The notes under the pieces were generated by a model, which was not told the DNA's origin, made no database searches, and saw only the letters and a program-made list of their open reading frames with translations. A program made the translations under genes and the position numbers. Shown here piece after piece: positions 19,721 to 29,217 of a DNA stretch of 64,000 bases. Origin of the DNA: Polyangiaceae bacterium (lineage in GTDB: Bacteria; Myxococcota_A; Polyangia; Polyangiales; Polyangiaceae); assembly GCA_965222375.1 (NCBI GenBank), contig CBDCTZ010000013.1:320001-384000 (forward strand), in the 5' to 3' direction. Every line of letters begins with the position of its first letter. Position 1 is the stretch's first letter.

Positions 19721-19923
19721 ATCTGAATCCCTCCGGGCGAGCACGATAGTGGCGAGAATATTGGGATCGCAACGCTCCGTTGAGCGTGGCCTGATGCCCA
19801 GCAAAACCCGCGGCGATTGCGCTGCAACCGACGAGCCCCTCGCAACGGTTGCGCGAAATAGGTGCCTCGGCCTGGGATTGCTCCGTTTTCGAGCGTGGCA
19901 CGCACTTCGCTTTGCAACGCGCC

Positions 19924-20703
19924 ATGCCCAACTTCGCGATGCCCGTAAAGCTCTACTACAGCCACCCAGTACGAAGCGTCTCGCCGGGGGCTTCCCTGGA
20001 GCGCGCGAAGGAGCTGCTAGAACTGCATCAGGTTTCTGCCCTGGCAGTTTCTGACGACGACACCCTCGTCGGCGTGATCACGAGGACGGACTTGCTGCGT
20101 GTGGGAAGGCGCCAAGCGGGCAGTCGTCACGGCGCGGACCTGCTCGTCCTGCCCAACAAGACCGTCGCCGACGCCATGACCATGGCCCCTTCAAGCGTCA
20201 GCCCGTCGGATTCGGTCGCTCATGCTTCCAAAACGATGCTGGAGGCCCGGGTTCACCGCGTGTTCGTGTGCGAGCACGGCCGCCTGGTCGGGGTGTTTTC
20301 GACCCGGGATGCCATGCGCGCCATCGCCGACAAGCGCGTCGCCGATCCCGTCGTCGATCACGCTTCCCGCAGCGTCTACAGCGTGCAGTTCGATGACCCG
20401 GTTTCCCTCGCCGCGGAGCGACTCGAGAAGGCTCATGTTTCCGGGCTCGTCGTAGTCGAAAATGATTGGCCGATCGGAATCTTTTCTCAGATCGAAGCCT
20501 TGGCGAGCAGAGACTTGCCCCGGGAAACTCGCGTCGAAGAGGTCTTGGACCCGGCAATGCTGTGCTTGGACATCAAAACGGCGCTGTTCCGGGCCGCTGC
20601 GCAAGCGAGCGCCATGGATGTGCAACGCATTTTGGTGATCGACAACCGCAAGTGCGTTGGCGTGTTGTCTGGGCTCGACATGGTTCGTGCCGCAGCGTCC
20701 TAA
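19924..20703 (+). CDS. Protein with four CBS domains
   Basis: LVGVITRTDLL, LVGVFSTRDAM, PIGIFSQIEAL, CVGVLSGLDMV. Confidence 0.9.
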   Translation: MPNFAMPVKLYYSHPVRSVSPGASLERAKELLELHQVSALAVSDDDTLVGVITRTDLLRVGRRQAGSRHGADLLVLPNKTVADAMTMAPSSVSPSDSVAHASKTMLEARVHRVFVCEHGRLVGVFSTRDAMRAIADKRVADPVVDHASRSVYSVQFDDPVSLAAERLEKAHVSGLVVVENDWPIGIFSQIEALASRDLPRETRVEEVLDPAMLCLDIKTALFRAAAQASAMDVQRILVIDNRKCVGVLSGLDMVRAAAS

Positions 20704-20707
20704 TCGC

Positions 20708-21643
20708 TCACGGCGTGAGCTTGAAATCGAGCTTCACATTTTGATCGCCGACTTCTGCCGCAGCTTCGCGCACCACCTGACCTTGTTGCTGTAGCTGCAC
20801 GACGATGGCGCCGCTGTTGATCGCAAAGGGCACAGCATAACCCCCACTCTGCCCAGTGGTCGCGTAGAAATCGCCCGGCTCGCTCACGATATCGTAGCCG
20901 GCCACGCCCTCGCCGGCGTCGTAGGCTTCGTCACCATCGGCGTCCTGAAACACCACCCCAGTCAAGTAGCTGCGCTTTTTGTCCCCATAGCCAAAGTCGT
21001 TGGTAATGACCAACGGACCGTAATCAGGATGGATCCCGTCACCGACCACGCCGATGCCGATCTCGCGCTTCGAGTATTTGAGATCCAAAGCAATGATCCT
21101 ATGGCCCAGGGTGTCCACGCCCCAGTCAATCAAAAACGCGGCGTGGCAGTGCTCAGGGGACTTGGTACTCGCATACACGTTTTCGCCGGCGTAGTTGCTT
21201 TCGTACCCGGCCGCAGCCACGCGTTGTTTGGCGGTACTTCCGTTGGAGCCGCTGTGACCCTGGAAGCCCTGGGTGGCCATGTCCAAGGAGTGGCCACGCG
21301 CAGCGGCAATTAGCTTGTCGTTAAACACCAAAGGAGGGGAGGCTGGATAGGTCTTGAAGTCCTCGATCAGCTTGCTCGTATCGACTCCGTATTGCTTGAT
21401 CGCGATTTGAGCCGCCGGCAGGGACGCCAGCCACGGCCCTTCCGCCGCGGGGTTGGCGCGGGCCCGCTGTAAGAGCTCGAGAGACTCTTGCTCGAGAGGC
21501 GTTGGATCGCCGTGCACGTGCACGTTCGCGGGCTTGACGAAGGGATCCGGGCCGAGAGGGCCGCCACCTCCCCCTCCACCACCGGAAGATGAGCAACCGA
21601 AAGCCCCAATCACCAAGCTCGCAGCCAGCAGTTCAATTCGCAT
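20708..21643 (-). CDS. CAP/SCP domain lipoprotein
   Basis: AFGC lipobox; AARGHSLDMA...H, GENV, GHR and EIGIG CAP motifs; C-terminal carboxypeptidase-regulatory-like module. Confidence 0.88.
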   Translation of the reverse strand: MRIELLAASLVIGAFGCSSSGGGGGGGGPLGPDPFVKPANVHVHGDPTPLEQESLELLQRARANPAAEGPWLASLPAAQIAIKQYGVDTSKLIEDFKTYPASPPLVFNDKLIAAARGHSLDMATQGFQGHSGSNGSTAKQRVAAAGYESNYAGENVYASTKSPEHCHAAFLIDWGVDTLGHRIIALDLKYSKREIGIGVVGDGIHPDYGPLVITNDFGYGDKKRSYLTGVVFQDADGDEAYDAGEGVAGYDIVSEPGDFYATTGQSGGYAVPFAINSGAIVVQLQQQGQVVREAAAEVGDQNVKLDFKLTP

Positions 21644-21706
21644 AGGAGTGGCGGACTATAGCCGCGTTTCGGATCATGGCCAGGGTGTCCCGCCGGCCCC
21701 ACGCGT

Positions 21707-22759
21707 CTAGAATGGCCCCACAAAGGAGGGATCCGGAATATCCCGCGGGTGGTCTCTGTCGGGCTCAGGCGGGGGCGGCGGAAGCCCGAGACTCGTATGA
21801 GCGGCCTTTTCGATGTCATGTGAACGCGGAAAGAAATCCACGCTCAGGCTCGCGGCGCTCGGCGATGGACAGTCCGGAGACGCCACCCTGCACGGAGCGG
21901 ATTTCAGATCAGAAAAGGCGCCTTCGCTAACCCGAGCGAGAACCTCCGCACCGATCCCGAAGCTTGTACTTGCTGTATCCGCCACAACGAGGCGGCCAGT
22001 CTTCTTGACGGACGCATACAGCGTCCGCGTGTCGAGGGGATTTACACTCCGCAGGTCGATGACCTCTGCCTCTACTCCACGGGCTGAGAGCCGCTCCGCG
22101 GCAGCCAGAGCCTCGATGGTCATGTAGCTCGTCGCCGCCAGCGTTACGTCCGACCCTCGTCGCGCCACCCGCGCTTGGTCCAATGGAACGCGGTAGATCC
22201 CGCTCGGCACATCGCTTTGCAGGTTGTACAACCAGCGATGTTCGATCATGACAACCGGGTTGTCATCCTCGACGGCTGCGATGAGCATTCCTTTCGCGTC
22301 GTGGGCCGTCGTGGGCAACACCACGCGCAACCCAGGCACGTGCGCAAACCAAGCTTGGAGGCTTTGCGCGTGCTGAGGCCCCTGCCCCCAGCCTCGGCCG
22401 ACAATGAGCCGCATCACCATGGGCACCGGAACATGACTGCCAAACATGTAGTGCCACTTGGCCACTTGGTTGACGATTTGCTCCATCGCCAATAGCGCGA
22501 AGTCGACGCGTTGGTGGGTGAGTATTGGGCGCATTCCCACCAGCGCGGACCCCAGCGCGATGCCGGTCATTCCGTTCTCCGCGGTGGGCATGTCGCGGAC
22601 CCGCGCCGGCCCGTATTTTTCGACTAGGCCGGACGTGCTGCCAAAGAGCCCTTTGGGGTCAGGGACGCCGAGCCCCATCACGTACACATTGGGAGCGTGA
22701 CCCAGACACAGATCTGTAGCTTCGCGCAGGGCCTCTGCGTACGAGAGTTGACGGCTCAT
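21707..22759 (-). CDS. ThDP-dependent 2-oxoacid dehydrogenase E1 beta-like subunit
   Basis: RVRDMPTAENG, GWGQGPQHAQ, VPGLRVV, EVIDLRSVNPLD. Confidence 0.93.
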   Translation of the reverse strand: MSRQLSYAEALREATDLCLGHAPNVYVMGLGVPDPKGLFGSTSGLVEKYGPARVRDMPTAENGMTGIALGSALVGMRPILTHQRVDFALLAMEQIVNQVAKWHYMFGSHVPVPMVMRLIVGRGWGQGPQHAQSLQAWFAHVPGLRVVLPTTAHDAKGMLIAAVEDDNPVVMIEHRWLYNLQSDVPSGIYRVPLDQARVARRGSDVTLAATSYMTIEALAAAERLSARGVEAEVIDLRSVNPLDTRTLYASVKKTGRLVVADTASTSFGIGAEVLARVSEGAFSDLKSAPCRVASPDCPSPSAASLSVDFFPRSHDIEKAAHTSLGLPPPPPEPDRDHPRDIPDPSFVGPF

Positions 22760-23754
22760 TGCGAAGCTCCGCCGAGTGGCGTACGAGTCGAGGCGAGGAC
22801 ACCCGCCATCAATTGCGCCGGCTCTGGGACAGGAGCTGCCAACGCGGCCGCAAAGGCCTCGTCAATGGCAACCTGGTGCGCTGAACGCAAGTTGGCCACG
22901 GACTCGCCATCGAGAACACCGCGCGCGCGCAGAGTGCGCTCAGCCTGCGCAAGCGGACATCGCGCTTTCCAATCTTTGATCTCCTGTGCACCGCGGTACC
23001 CTAGCTCAGCGTCCTCGTACGGACCCACATGCTCCAACCAACGGTAGGTCGACAGCTCCAGGAACGTCGGACCGCCACCGCTTCTGGCACGCTGGATGGC
23101 GTCCCGTGCCAAGCGATACACCGCAAACACATCATTGCCGTCAGCACTGTGGGCGAGCATTCCGTGTCCGCGTGCCAAGTCCGAGATGGATCGAGTGGCG
23201 GGTTGGCGCGCCTTCAGCGGCGTCTGAACCGAGTACAGGTTGTTCTCGCAGACGAAGAGCACCGGCAGCTTTTCCAACAGCGCAAAGGCCAGGCTCTCAT
23301 GAAAAACCCCCTCTTCGACCGCGGCATCGCCGAAGAAGACCGTCGCCACTCGTGCCTCGGAGCGAAGCGAAAAGCCGAATGCGGCACCCACGGCCATCGG
23401 AATGGTGCTGGCAACGATGGGGACCGCACCCAAGAATCCAGCGTCCAGATCGATCAGGTGCATGCTGCCGCCTTTTCCGCCGCTGCAACCGGTGGAACGC
23501 CCGTAGATTTCGGCGATCATGCGGGGCAGTGAGCCCCCCTTCGCGAGATAGTGGCCATGGGAGCGGTGCCCACTGAGAACGACGTCCGTTTCCTGCAGTG
23601 CAGCACAAACGCCGGCAGCCACGGCCTCCTGTCCGATGCACAGGTGAGTCGGGCAGCGCATTTCTTGCTCGGGATAGCGCCGAGCTATTTCCTCCTCGAC
23701 CATGCGTATCAAAAGCATGTCCCGATACAAGCGCGCGTCGGACTCCTCTGTCAT
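22756..23754 (-). CDS. ThDP-dependent E1 alpha-like subunit
   Basis: HLCIGQEA, HRSHGHYLAKG, GKGGSMH, GDAAVEEG...ENN ThDP motif, TYRWLEH. Confidence 0.94.
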   Translation of the reverse strand: MTEESDARLYRDMLLIRMVEEEIARRYPEQEMRCPTHLCIGQEAVAAGVCAALQETDVVLSGHRSHGHYLAKGGSLPRMIAEIYGRSTGCSGGKGGSMHLIDLDAGFLGAVPIVASTIPMAVGAAFGFSLRSEARVATVFFGDAAVEEGVFHESLAFALLEKLPVLFVCENNLYSVQTPLKARQPATRSISDLARGHGMLAHSADGNDVFAVYRLARDAIQRARSGGGPTFLELSTYRWLEHVGPYEDAELGYRGAQEIKDWKARCPLAQAERTLRARGVLDGESVANLRSAHQVAIDEAFAAALAAPVPEPAQLMAGVLASTRTPLGGASQ

Positions 23755-24780
23755 CTACGTCTTGTCCTTTGGCTCATCTGCGAGCCGCTGCATGCGACGC
23801 ACGTTGAAGTAGCCCTCGCTTTCCAGAGGGTTTGGCAGGCGCCCGGCGGCAAAGGCCCCGATGAGATCTTGAACTGCGCGCTCGACACTCCGTTTCGGGG
23901 CAAACTCCAACTCCTCGGCAATCCGCTTGGAGCAGATGTGATAGGAGCGGTCATCCGCGGACGGCGTTGTCTCGATGGTGACCGGGCTCGGCGCCAGGCG
24001 ATCGACGACGCATCGCACCCGTTCTGCTAGTTCTGCGACTGTGTGGTTCTCATACCCCACGTTGTAGACTCGCCCGCCTAGCTGCTGGGAGGGGAGTTCC
24101 AATAGCAAAGCGTAGAGGTCCACCATGTCTTCGATGTGCAGATTGGGCCGCTTCTGCGTTCCACCGAAAACCGTGATCTTGCCCCGATTGACGGCGTGAT
24201 TGGTCAAGATGTTCACCGTGAGGTCCAAGCGCTGCCGCGGCGAGTACCCACAGAGCGTCGCGGGGCGGAGTACGACTGGGCAAAACTGGTCCGATGCGCG
24301 CGACAAAAGCAGAGGCTCGCAAGCCGCCTTGAACTTGCTGTAGTCGGTCAGCGGTTCTAGTGGATGACCCTCGTCGACGTTCGGCGCGTCACTGACGCCG
24401 TAGACACTGGACGACGACGCGTAAACGAACCGTCGAACACCCGCCGCCTCGGCAGCTGCGACGAGTGGCTCAAAGGCCTCGAAGTTGATGCTCCGCCCCA
24501 GTTCCGGGTCCAATTCGAAGGAAGGGTCATTCGAAATGCAGGCCAAGTGGATGACCGCATCGACTCCGGTCATCGCCGCCCGCACACAATCCAAATCCCT
24601 AATGTCACCCTCGATGACCTCGAGCCCCGCATGGCCCTCTACGTCCGCGAGTGCCTGCCGGCCAAACCAAAACAGGTCAAGAACGCGCACAAGATGACCG
24701 CGCTCGAGGAGCCGAGGAACCAGACGCGCGCCCACATACCCGGCACCACCGGTGATCAGGACGCGGGTCAGCTCAGGCAT
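23755..24780 (-). CDS. NAD-dependent nucleotide-sugar epimerase/dehydratase (extended SDR)
   Basis: TGGAGYVG, SSSSVYG, YSKFK catalytic motif. Confidence 0.94.
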   Translation of the reverse strand: MPELTRVLITGGAGYVGARLVPRLLERGHLVRVLDLFWFGRQALADVEGHAGLEVIEGDIRDLDCVRAAMTGVDAVIHLACISNDPSFELDPELGRSINFEAFEPLVAAAEAAGVRRFVYASSSSVYGVSDAPNVDEGHPLEPLTDYSKFKAACEPLLLSRASDQFCPVVLRPATLCGYSPRQRLDLTVNILTNHAVNRGKITVFGGTQKRPNLHIEDMVDLYALLLELPSQQLGGRVYNVGYENHTVAELAERVRCVVDRLAPSPVTIETTPSADDRSYHICSKRIAEELEFAPKRSVERAVQDLIGAFAAGRLPNPLESEGYFNVRRMQRLADEPKDKT

Positions 24781-25331
24781 CTCACTGCTTCTAAAAGTCC
24801 GTTCGGTCTGTTCTTCGGCACCGCTATTGCCCTGACGCCTGCTCCTCGCGCTGCAGCGAGGTCGCGATCCGAATCACCGAGCAAGGCGCATGCCCCGAGG
24901 CGAAGTCCAAAGTCCTGAGCAGCCTGTAGCAACAAGCCAGGTTTGGGCTTGCGGCATTGGCAACTCGTCCGAAACGCGTTCACACCGTCCTCCAGATGAG
25001 GGCAAGTGTAGATCGCGTCGATGCGAGCCTCTTCGGCAGCGAGCTGCTCCAGCAACGTTCGATGAAGCTCGTCCAGCACTGATTCCTCCAACAGGCCGCG
25101 CGCCAACGCCGATTGGTTCGTCACGACGATCACGAATTGCTCACCACTCAACGCGCGCACGGCTTCGGCCGCTCCCTCGAGTATTCGCAGATCCGCAATG
25201 CGCGTCAGGTAGTGAGTGTCTTCAATCAACGTCCCGTCGCGATCCAAAAACACCGCGCGTTCGGGGTTCCGCGGGAGGCTGCGCCGAGGAGCTTGTGGCC
25301 GGTGCACCAAGGGCGACGGCGTTGCACTCAT
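24768..25331 (-). CDS. gmhB: Heptose-1,7-bisphosphate phosphatase-like (HAD IIIA)
   Basis: FLDRDGTL, VTNQS, CPH...CQCRKPKPGL, GDSDRD. Confidence 0.88.
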   Translation of the reverse strand: MSATPSPLVHRPQAPRRSLPRNPERAVFLDRDGTLIEDTHYLTRIADLRILEGAAEAVRALSGEQFVIVVTNQSALARGLLEESVLDELHRTLLEQLAAEEARIDAIYTCPHLEDGVNAFRTSCQCRKPKPGLLLQAAQDFGLRLGACALLGDSDRDLAAARGAGVRAIAVPKNRPNGLLEAVRCLS

Positions 25332-25909
25332 GGTCCCTCGGCGAGCCGTGCGGACGCAGAATCCGTAATCAGATGCGTGAGGACGGTGTGGACGCTTTCG
25401 ACCAGCCCATAGGCATGAGACGCGACGTAGAAGTTCACAGCGCCAAGTACTCTCAACGGGTTATCTGCGTCAAATCCCGTGAGGGTCAGCACTCTCGCGC
25501 CGGAGGTGAGGGCCAAGTTCGTGGCGCGCAGGATGTTCTCCGAGCGCCCGGAAGAGCTCACGCTAATTAGAATGTCTCCTGCCTCGATCCATTGCCCAAG
25601 TGGATCGGAAAAGACGCGAGCGTAGCCGTCGTCATTGGTGATAGCGGTCATCAGCGGCACATCATGGAACACGGACGACCGCACTCCGACGTTCTTCATC
25701 AGATCGTTGTGCATATGGGTCGCGATTGCGCTGCTTCCACCATTGCCGATCACGAACACCGAACGCCTATCACTCCGCACACGAAGCAGCTCGGCGACGG
25801 TTCGCTGACAGCCCTCGTCGAGAGATGCAACTTCGCCATCCACCGACACTTGCGTCCCGCGAAGGAGCTGGTGCACTTGGTCCACATAGCGCTGTGCGTC
25901 GCTAGTCAT
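25328..25909 (-). CDS. SIS-domain phosphosugar isomerase (GmhA-like)
   Basis: IGNGGSSAIA, TAITND, SSSGRSENI, YGLVESVH; ATG at 25909. Confidence 0.88.
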   Translation of the reverse strand: MTSDAQRYVDQVHQLLRGTQVSVDGEVASLDEGCQRTVAELLRVRSDRRSVFVIGNGGSSAIATHMHNDLMKNVGVRSSVFHDVPLMTAITNDDGYARVFSDPLGQWIEAGDILISVSSSGRSENILRATNLALTSGARVLTLTGFDADNPLRVLGAVNFYVASHAYGLVESVHTVLTHLITDSASARLAEGP

Positions 25910-26867
25910 CGCTCGCCTCTCCGAGGTGGCGGTGCAGGGCCACAATGCTGTCTTGATGCAAACCCCGCACGTAGTGACTTTCGCCCCCGTCCGCAACGGT
26001 GCGCACCAGTAGCGTCTTGAACGGGCGAAAATAGTAGCGGACGTCCGTTTTTGGTGGCTCTTTGGTCGTGTCCGGCCCGAGGTCCGCCAAGTCGAACACC
26101 GCGCACAGGAAGCGAGAGATGCTGCGCCCCTCCAACGCGGCGAGGTTGCGCGCCATGGCAAGAGCCTTGAGGAACACCTCGGGTGCCATGACGGCGCTGC
26201 CAACGGCTAGCAGCACGCCTCCCTCAAGCTGCGAGACCGCGTGACCTAGCACGAGGAAATCCGTGTAGCTGGCAGCTCCGGTCGCTGCGCCGCTCGAGTT
26301 CGGGTGCTGATGGACAATGTCATAGCCAATCCCCACATGCACCGTGGCTGGGATCCGAAGGCGATATGCCTGGCACAGAACCGAAGTCTCCGAGTACTCG
26401 TGGTTGTCTGACGTAATTGCTTCGCCCAAGGCTTCACCCAAACCGATACCCCGATTGGCGGCATCTACCGCAACGTCGTTCACCCGACCGGTTTCCTCCC
26501 AGAAGCCGAACTGACCGTTCTTGATGTAGCGGGCTACACTCTCGGTAGTACCTCCGACCAAGGACAGCTCGTAGTCGTGGATCGCCGCGCCCCCGTTCAT
26601 ACCCAGATGGGTGATTAGCCCGCGCCGCATCCAATCGATCAAGAAGCGCTGTACGCCGGCTCTGAGCACATGCGCGCCCATGAGCAGAATTACCGACCGA
26701 CCGTCGCGCCGCGCCGCTTGAATGCGGCTCGCGATCCTTCCGAGCGCCGGGCTGTCCCATCCGGAGTCTTCCGCGAGGGACAGCACCTGGCCCACACCAA
26801 AATCGTGCTTCCGCTCCTGCAGCGGACGCAGGAGCAATCGGCTCGGGTCCAGCTTGGGATAAGGCAT
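25902..26867 (-). CDS. Conserved hypothetical protein with deoxyhypusine-synthase-like features
   Basis: MGAHVL, MNGGAAIHD, TTESV, TVHVGIGYDIVH, GSAVMAPEVFLKAL; TGATG coupling to the upstream gene. Confidence 0.8.
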   Translation of the reverse strand: MPYPKLDPSRLLLRPLQERKHDFGVGQVLSLAEDSGWDSPALGRIASRIQAARRDGRSVILLMGAHVLRAGVQRFLIDWMRRGLITHLGMNGGAAIHDYELSLVGGTTESVARYIKNGQFGFWEETGRVNDVAVDAANRGIGLGEALGEAITSDNHEYSETSVLCQAYRLRIPATVHVGIGYDIVHQHPNSSGAATGAASYTDFLVLGHAVSQLEGGVLLAVGSAVMAPEVFLKALAMARNLAALEGRSISRFLCAVFDLADLGPDTTKEPPKTDVRYYFRPFKTLLVRTVADGGESHYVRGLHQDSIVALHRHLGEASDD

Positions 26868-28447
26868 CAAGCGTCCGGGACATGCGGCAAGAGCACGGAC
26901 TCGACCGCCGCGCGAGTGACAGCCACGTTGCCCAGATTGGCCGTCGCCACTGCAGCGGCGCCCGTGGCAACAAACGCAGCCAGACTGCCCGATGCGCCGC
27001 ATGCCAGGCTCGCCGCAAGACAGGCCAACATCGCGTCGCCTGCCCCCATCGGGTCCACAGGTGACTCAGCGAGACTGGGCAGGTACTCGATCGAGAGCGC
27101 AGCTTTGACGTCAGCCAAGTTCTTTCCAACAAGGGCCGACCGCTCCACTCCTTGGCCCAACTCGAACAGCATCAGCCCACGAGCACCCAGCGTCACAATC
27201 ACGCTATCAGTCTCCGCCTCCAGTAGAAGCCGCGCGCCCAGATCCGCCACACCACTGGAGCGATCACAGAGCGACAATCTGGCCTCGCGTTCAGACGGAG
27301 CAATCACGCTGACCCCTTTCATGCGGCGCACGTTGCCGAGCTGAGTGCTACACTGGACGTCGCCCACCACGGGCAACCCGCGCTCCGCCCTAGCCTGGCG
27401 TACCCAGTCGATCACCCGATCCGTGACCACCCCATATCCGAAGTCGGTCACGACAACCGCGTCAACTAAGACGCAAAGTCCATCGATGAGCCGGAGAAAT
27501 TTCTCCTCGGTGTCGTGATCCAGATCGTGGTCGTTGAACACGTTCACGTTGAGCAGCTTTTTCCCCTCTGACAAGTAGCGCGTCTTCACGATGGTTGGAC
27601 GGCTTTCGTCTTCTAGAAGCTCGGCTTCTACGAGGCAGCGGCGCAGCTCACGTCGGACCCTTTCCGCGGCATCGTCCTTGCCTACTACCGTGAACAAGTG
27701 AGGCCTCGCTCCCAGGCCATTGAGATGCTGCGCAACGATCGCCGCGCCTCCAATGAAGGCCTCGCTCTCCCGAGGGCGCACCACTAGCACTGGCGCTTCG
27801 GCGCTCATTCCGAGGGGTTCCGCGTAGACGTATGTGTCCACGATCGTCTCACCGATTACGGCTACCCGCTTGTCAGCTATGCCGTCGAGAAGATCACGCA
27901 GCCCGGCCTTTGTGATCCCGTGCCGCCCACAAAACCTCCGCACCTGCTCGCGGCTCGGTTCCAATTCGTGCTTGTGACTGTCGATGATGTGAGTCGAGGA
28001 GTAGACGACGTCGCCGGAGCTGAAAAGCACACGGCCTCCGGCGGTTTCAACAAGTCGACGCTCGCGCCCGAAACGCCCGTCATGAACCTGCTCGAACTCC
28101 TTGCCTTTCACATAGACGTCCGGCTTGACGAACTCCAGCGCTGGGCCAGCCCACTCACCATCATCGATGCAAACGAAGTCCACCACTTCCAGCGCGGCCA
28201 GGCTCTCAGCCCGTAGCTGCTCCGGAACGTAGGGGCGGTTTCTACCCTTTTGCACGACGCTATCGCCGCTCACGGTGACCACCAGCAAGTCGCCTTGCTT
28301 CCGCGCCCAAGTCAGATGCCGCAAGTGTCCGGGGTGCAGGATGTCGAAGCAACCGTGACATTGGACGATCTTCCGTCCACCTTCGCGGGCGCTCAGAAGC
28401 GCTTCCTGCAACTGTGGTCGTGACAGAATCTTGCCGAGATAGCTCAC
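26867..28447 (-). CDS. Bifunctional nucleotidyltransferase / PfkB sugar kinase (HldE-like, reversed domain order)
   Basis: N-terminal HGCFDILHPGH (HIGH-type), C-terminal PfkB motif VDPMGAGD; GTG at 28447. Confidence 0.9.
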   Translation of the reverse strand: MSYLGKILSRPQLQEALLSAREGGRKIVQCHGCFDILHPGHLRHLTWARKQGDLLVVTVSGDSVVQKGRNRPYVPEQLRAESLAALEVVDFVCIDDGEWAGPALEFVKPDVYVKGKEFEQVHDGRFGRERRLVETAGGRVLFSSGDVVYSSTHIIDSHKHELEPSREQVRRFCGRHGITKAGLRDLLDGIADKRVAVIGETIVDTYVYAEPLGMSAEAPVLVVRPRESEAFIGGAAIVAQHLNGLGARPHLFTVVGKDDAAERVRRELRRCLVEAELLEDESRPTIVKTRYLSEGKKLLNVNVFNDHDLDHDTEEKFLRLIDGLCVLVDAVVVTDFGYGVVTDRVIDWVRQARAERGLPVVGDVQCSTQLGNVRRMKGVSVIAPSEREARLSLCDRSSGVADLGARLLLEAETDSVIVTLGARGLMLFELGQGVERSALVGKNLADVKAALSIEYLPSLAESPVDPMGAGDAMLACLAASLACGASGSLAAFVATGAAAVATANLGNVAVTRAAVESVLLPHVPDA

Positions 28448-29217
28448 GCCAGCTCCTCCGCGGGGCGAGGGCGGCGCGTTCTGCGAAGCACGCGAACTTC
28501 CATGAAGACCCGAGCGAAGGTGGCCCCCACCCCCAGCAGGTTCTTTAGCCGCAGGGCCTTGGACTTTCGACCTTCGCGCGGCACCACGCGGATGCCTACG
28601 GCAGCATAGGACCTGCCAGCGCACAGCAGTTTGATCAGCGCCTCGGCTTGGTACGCGAAACTATCCGTTCGAATGGCGACGCTTCGTACGAGGTCCGTGC
28701 GGTGTATCACCGTACCGTTGTAGTAGGGCACGTCGAGACCGAACAGACCGTTGACGATGTCCGTGTAGGCGCTCGAGAGTAGATTGCGCAGTCGGGATCG
28801 CGCAGACTTGCCTTCTGGAAAGGGAAGCACGATGTCTGCCTTGCCCACGGCCTGCAGTGGCTGTCGCAGGGCGGATGCGGGGTTCTCGTTGTCCCCCGGG
28901 ACCATCAACACGTACTCGAAGCGCGCCATGCGAAGCCCTTGCTTGTACACGCCACCAAGATTGCGGGAGCGCTGGTTGTGGAACCCAAAGACGTGAGGAT
29001 CGTCCGCGGCCAGACGATCCACCAAATCGCCGGTGGAGTCGCGGCTACCATCGTTGAAGAGTAGAATCTCCCAGTCAGAAAAGCGGCCGTGAATCGCCTG
29101 TTTGACTTCAGCAACCGCCTCCTCGATGTGCTGCTCTTCATCGAGAGCCGGGACGATGACGGTCAGAGTGGGGCTTTCGCTTCTCAACGCCTTCGGCTCC
29201 TCACACGAAGTTTTCAT
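28444..29217 (-). CDS. Glycosyltransferase family 2, Dpm1/polyprenol-phosphate glycosyltransferase-like
   Basis: VIVPALDEE, NDGSRDST, VPGD, REGRKSK; soluble, 257 aa. Confidence 0.9.
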   Translation of the reverse strand: MKTSCEEPKALRSESPTLTVIVPALDEEQHIEEAVAEVKQAIHGRFSDWEILLFNDGSRDSTGDLVDRLAADDPHVFGFHNQRSRNLGGVYKQGLRMARFEYVLMVPGDNENPASALRQPLQAVGKADIVLPFPEGKSARSRLRNLLSSAYTDIVNGLFGLDVPYYNGTVIHRTDLVRSVAIRTDSFAYQAEALIKLLCAGRSYAAVGIRVVPREGRKSKALRLKNLLGVGATFARVFMEVRVLRRTRRPRPAEELA

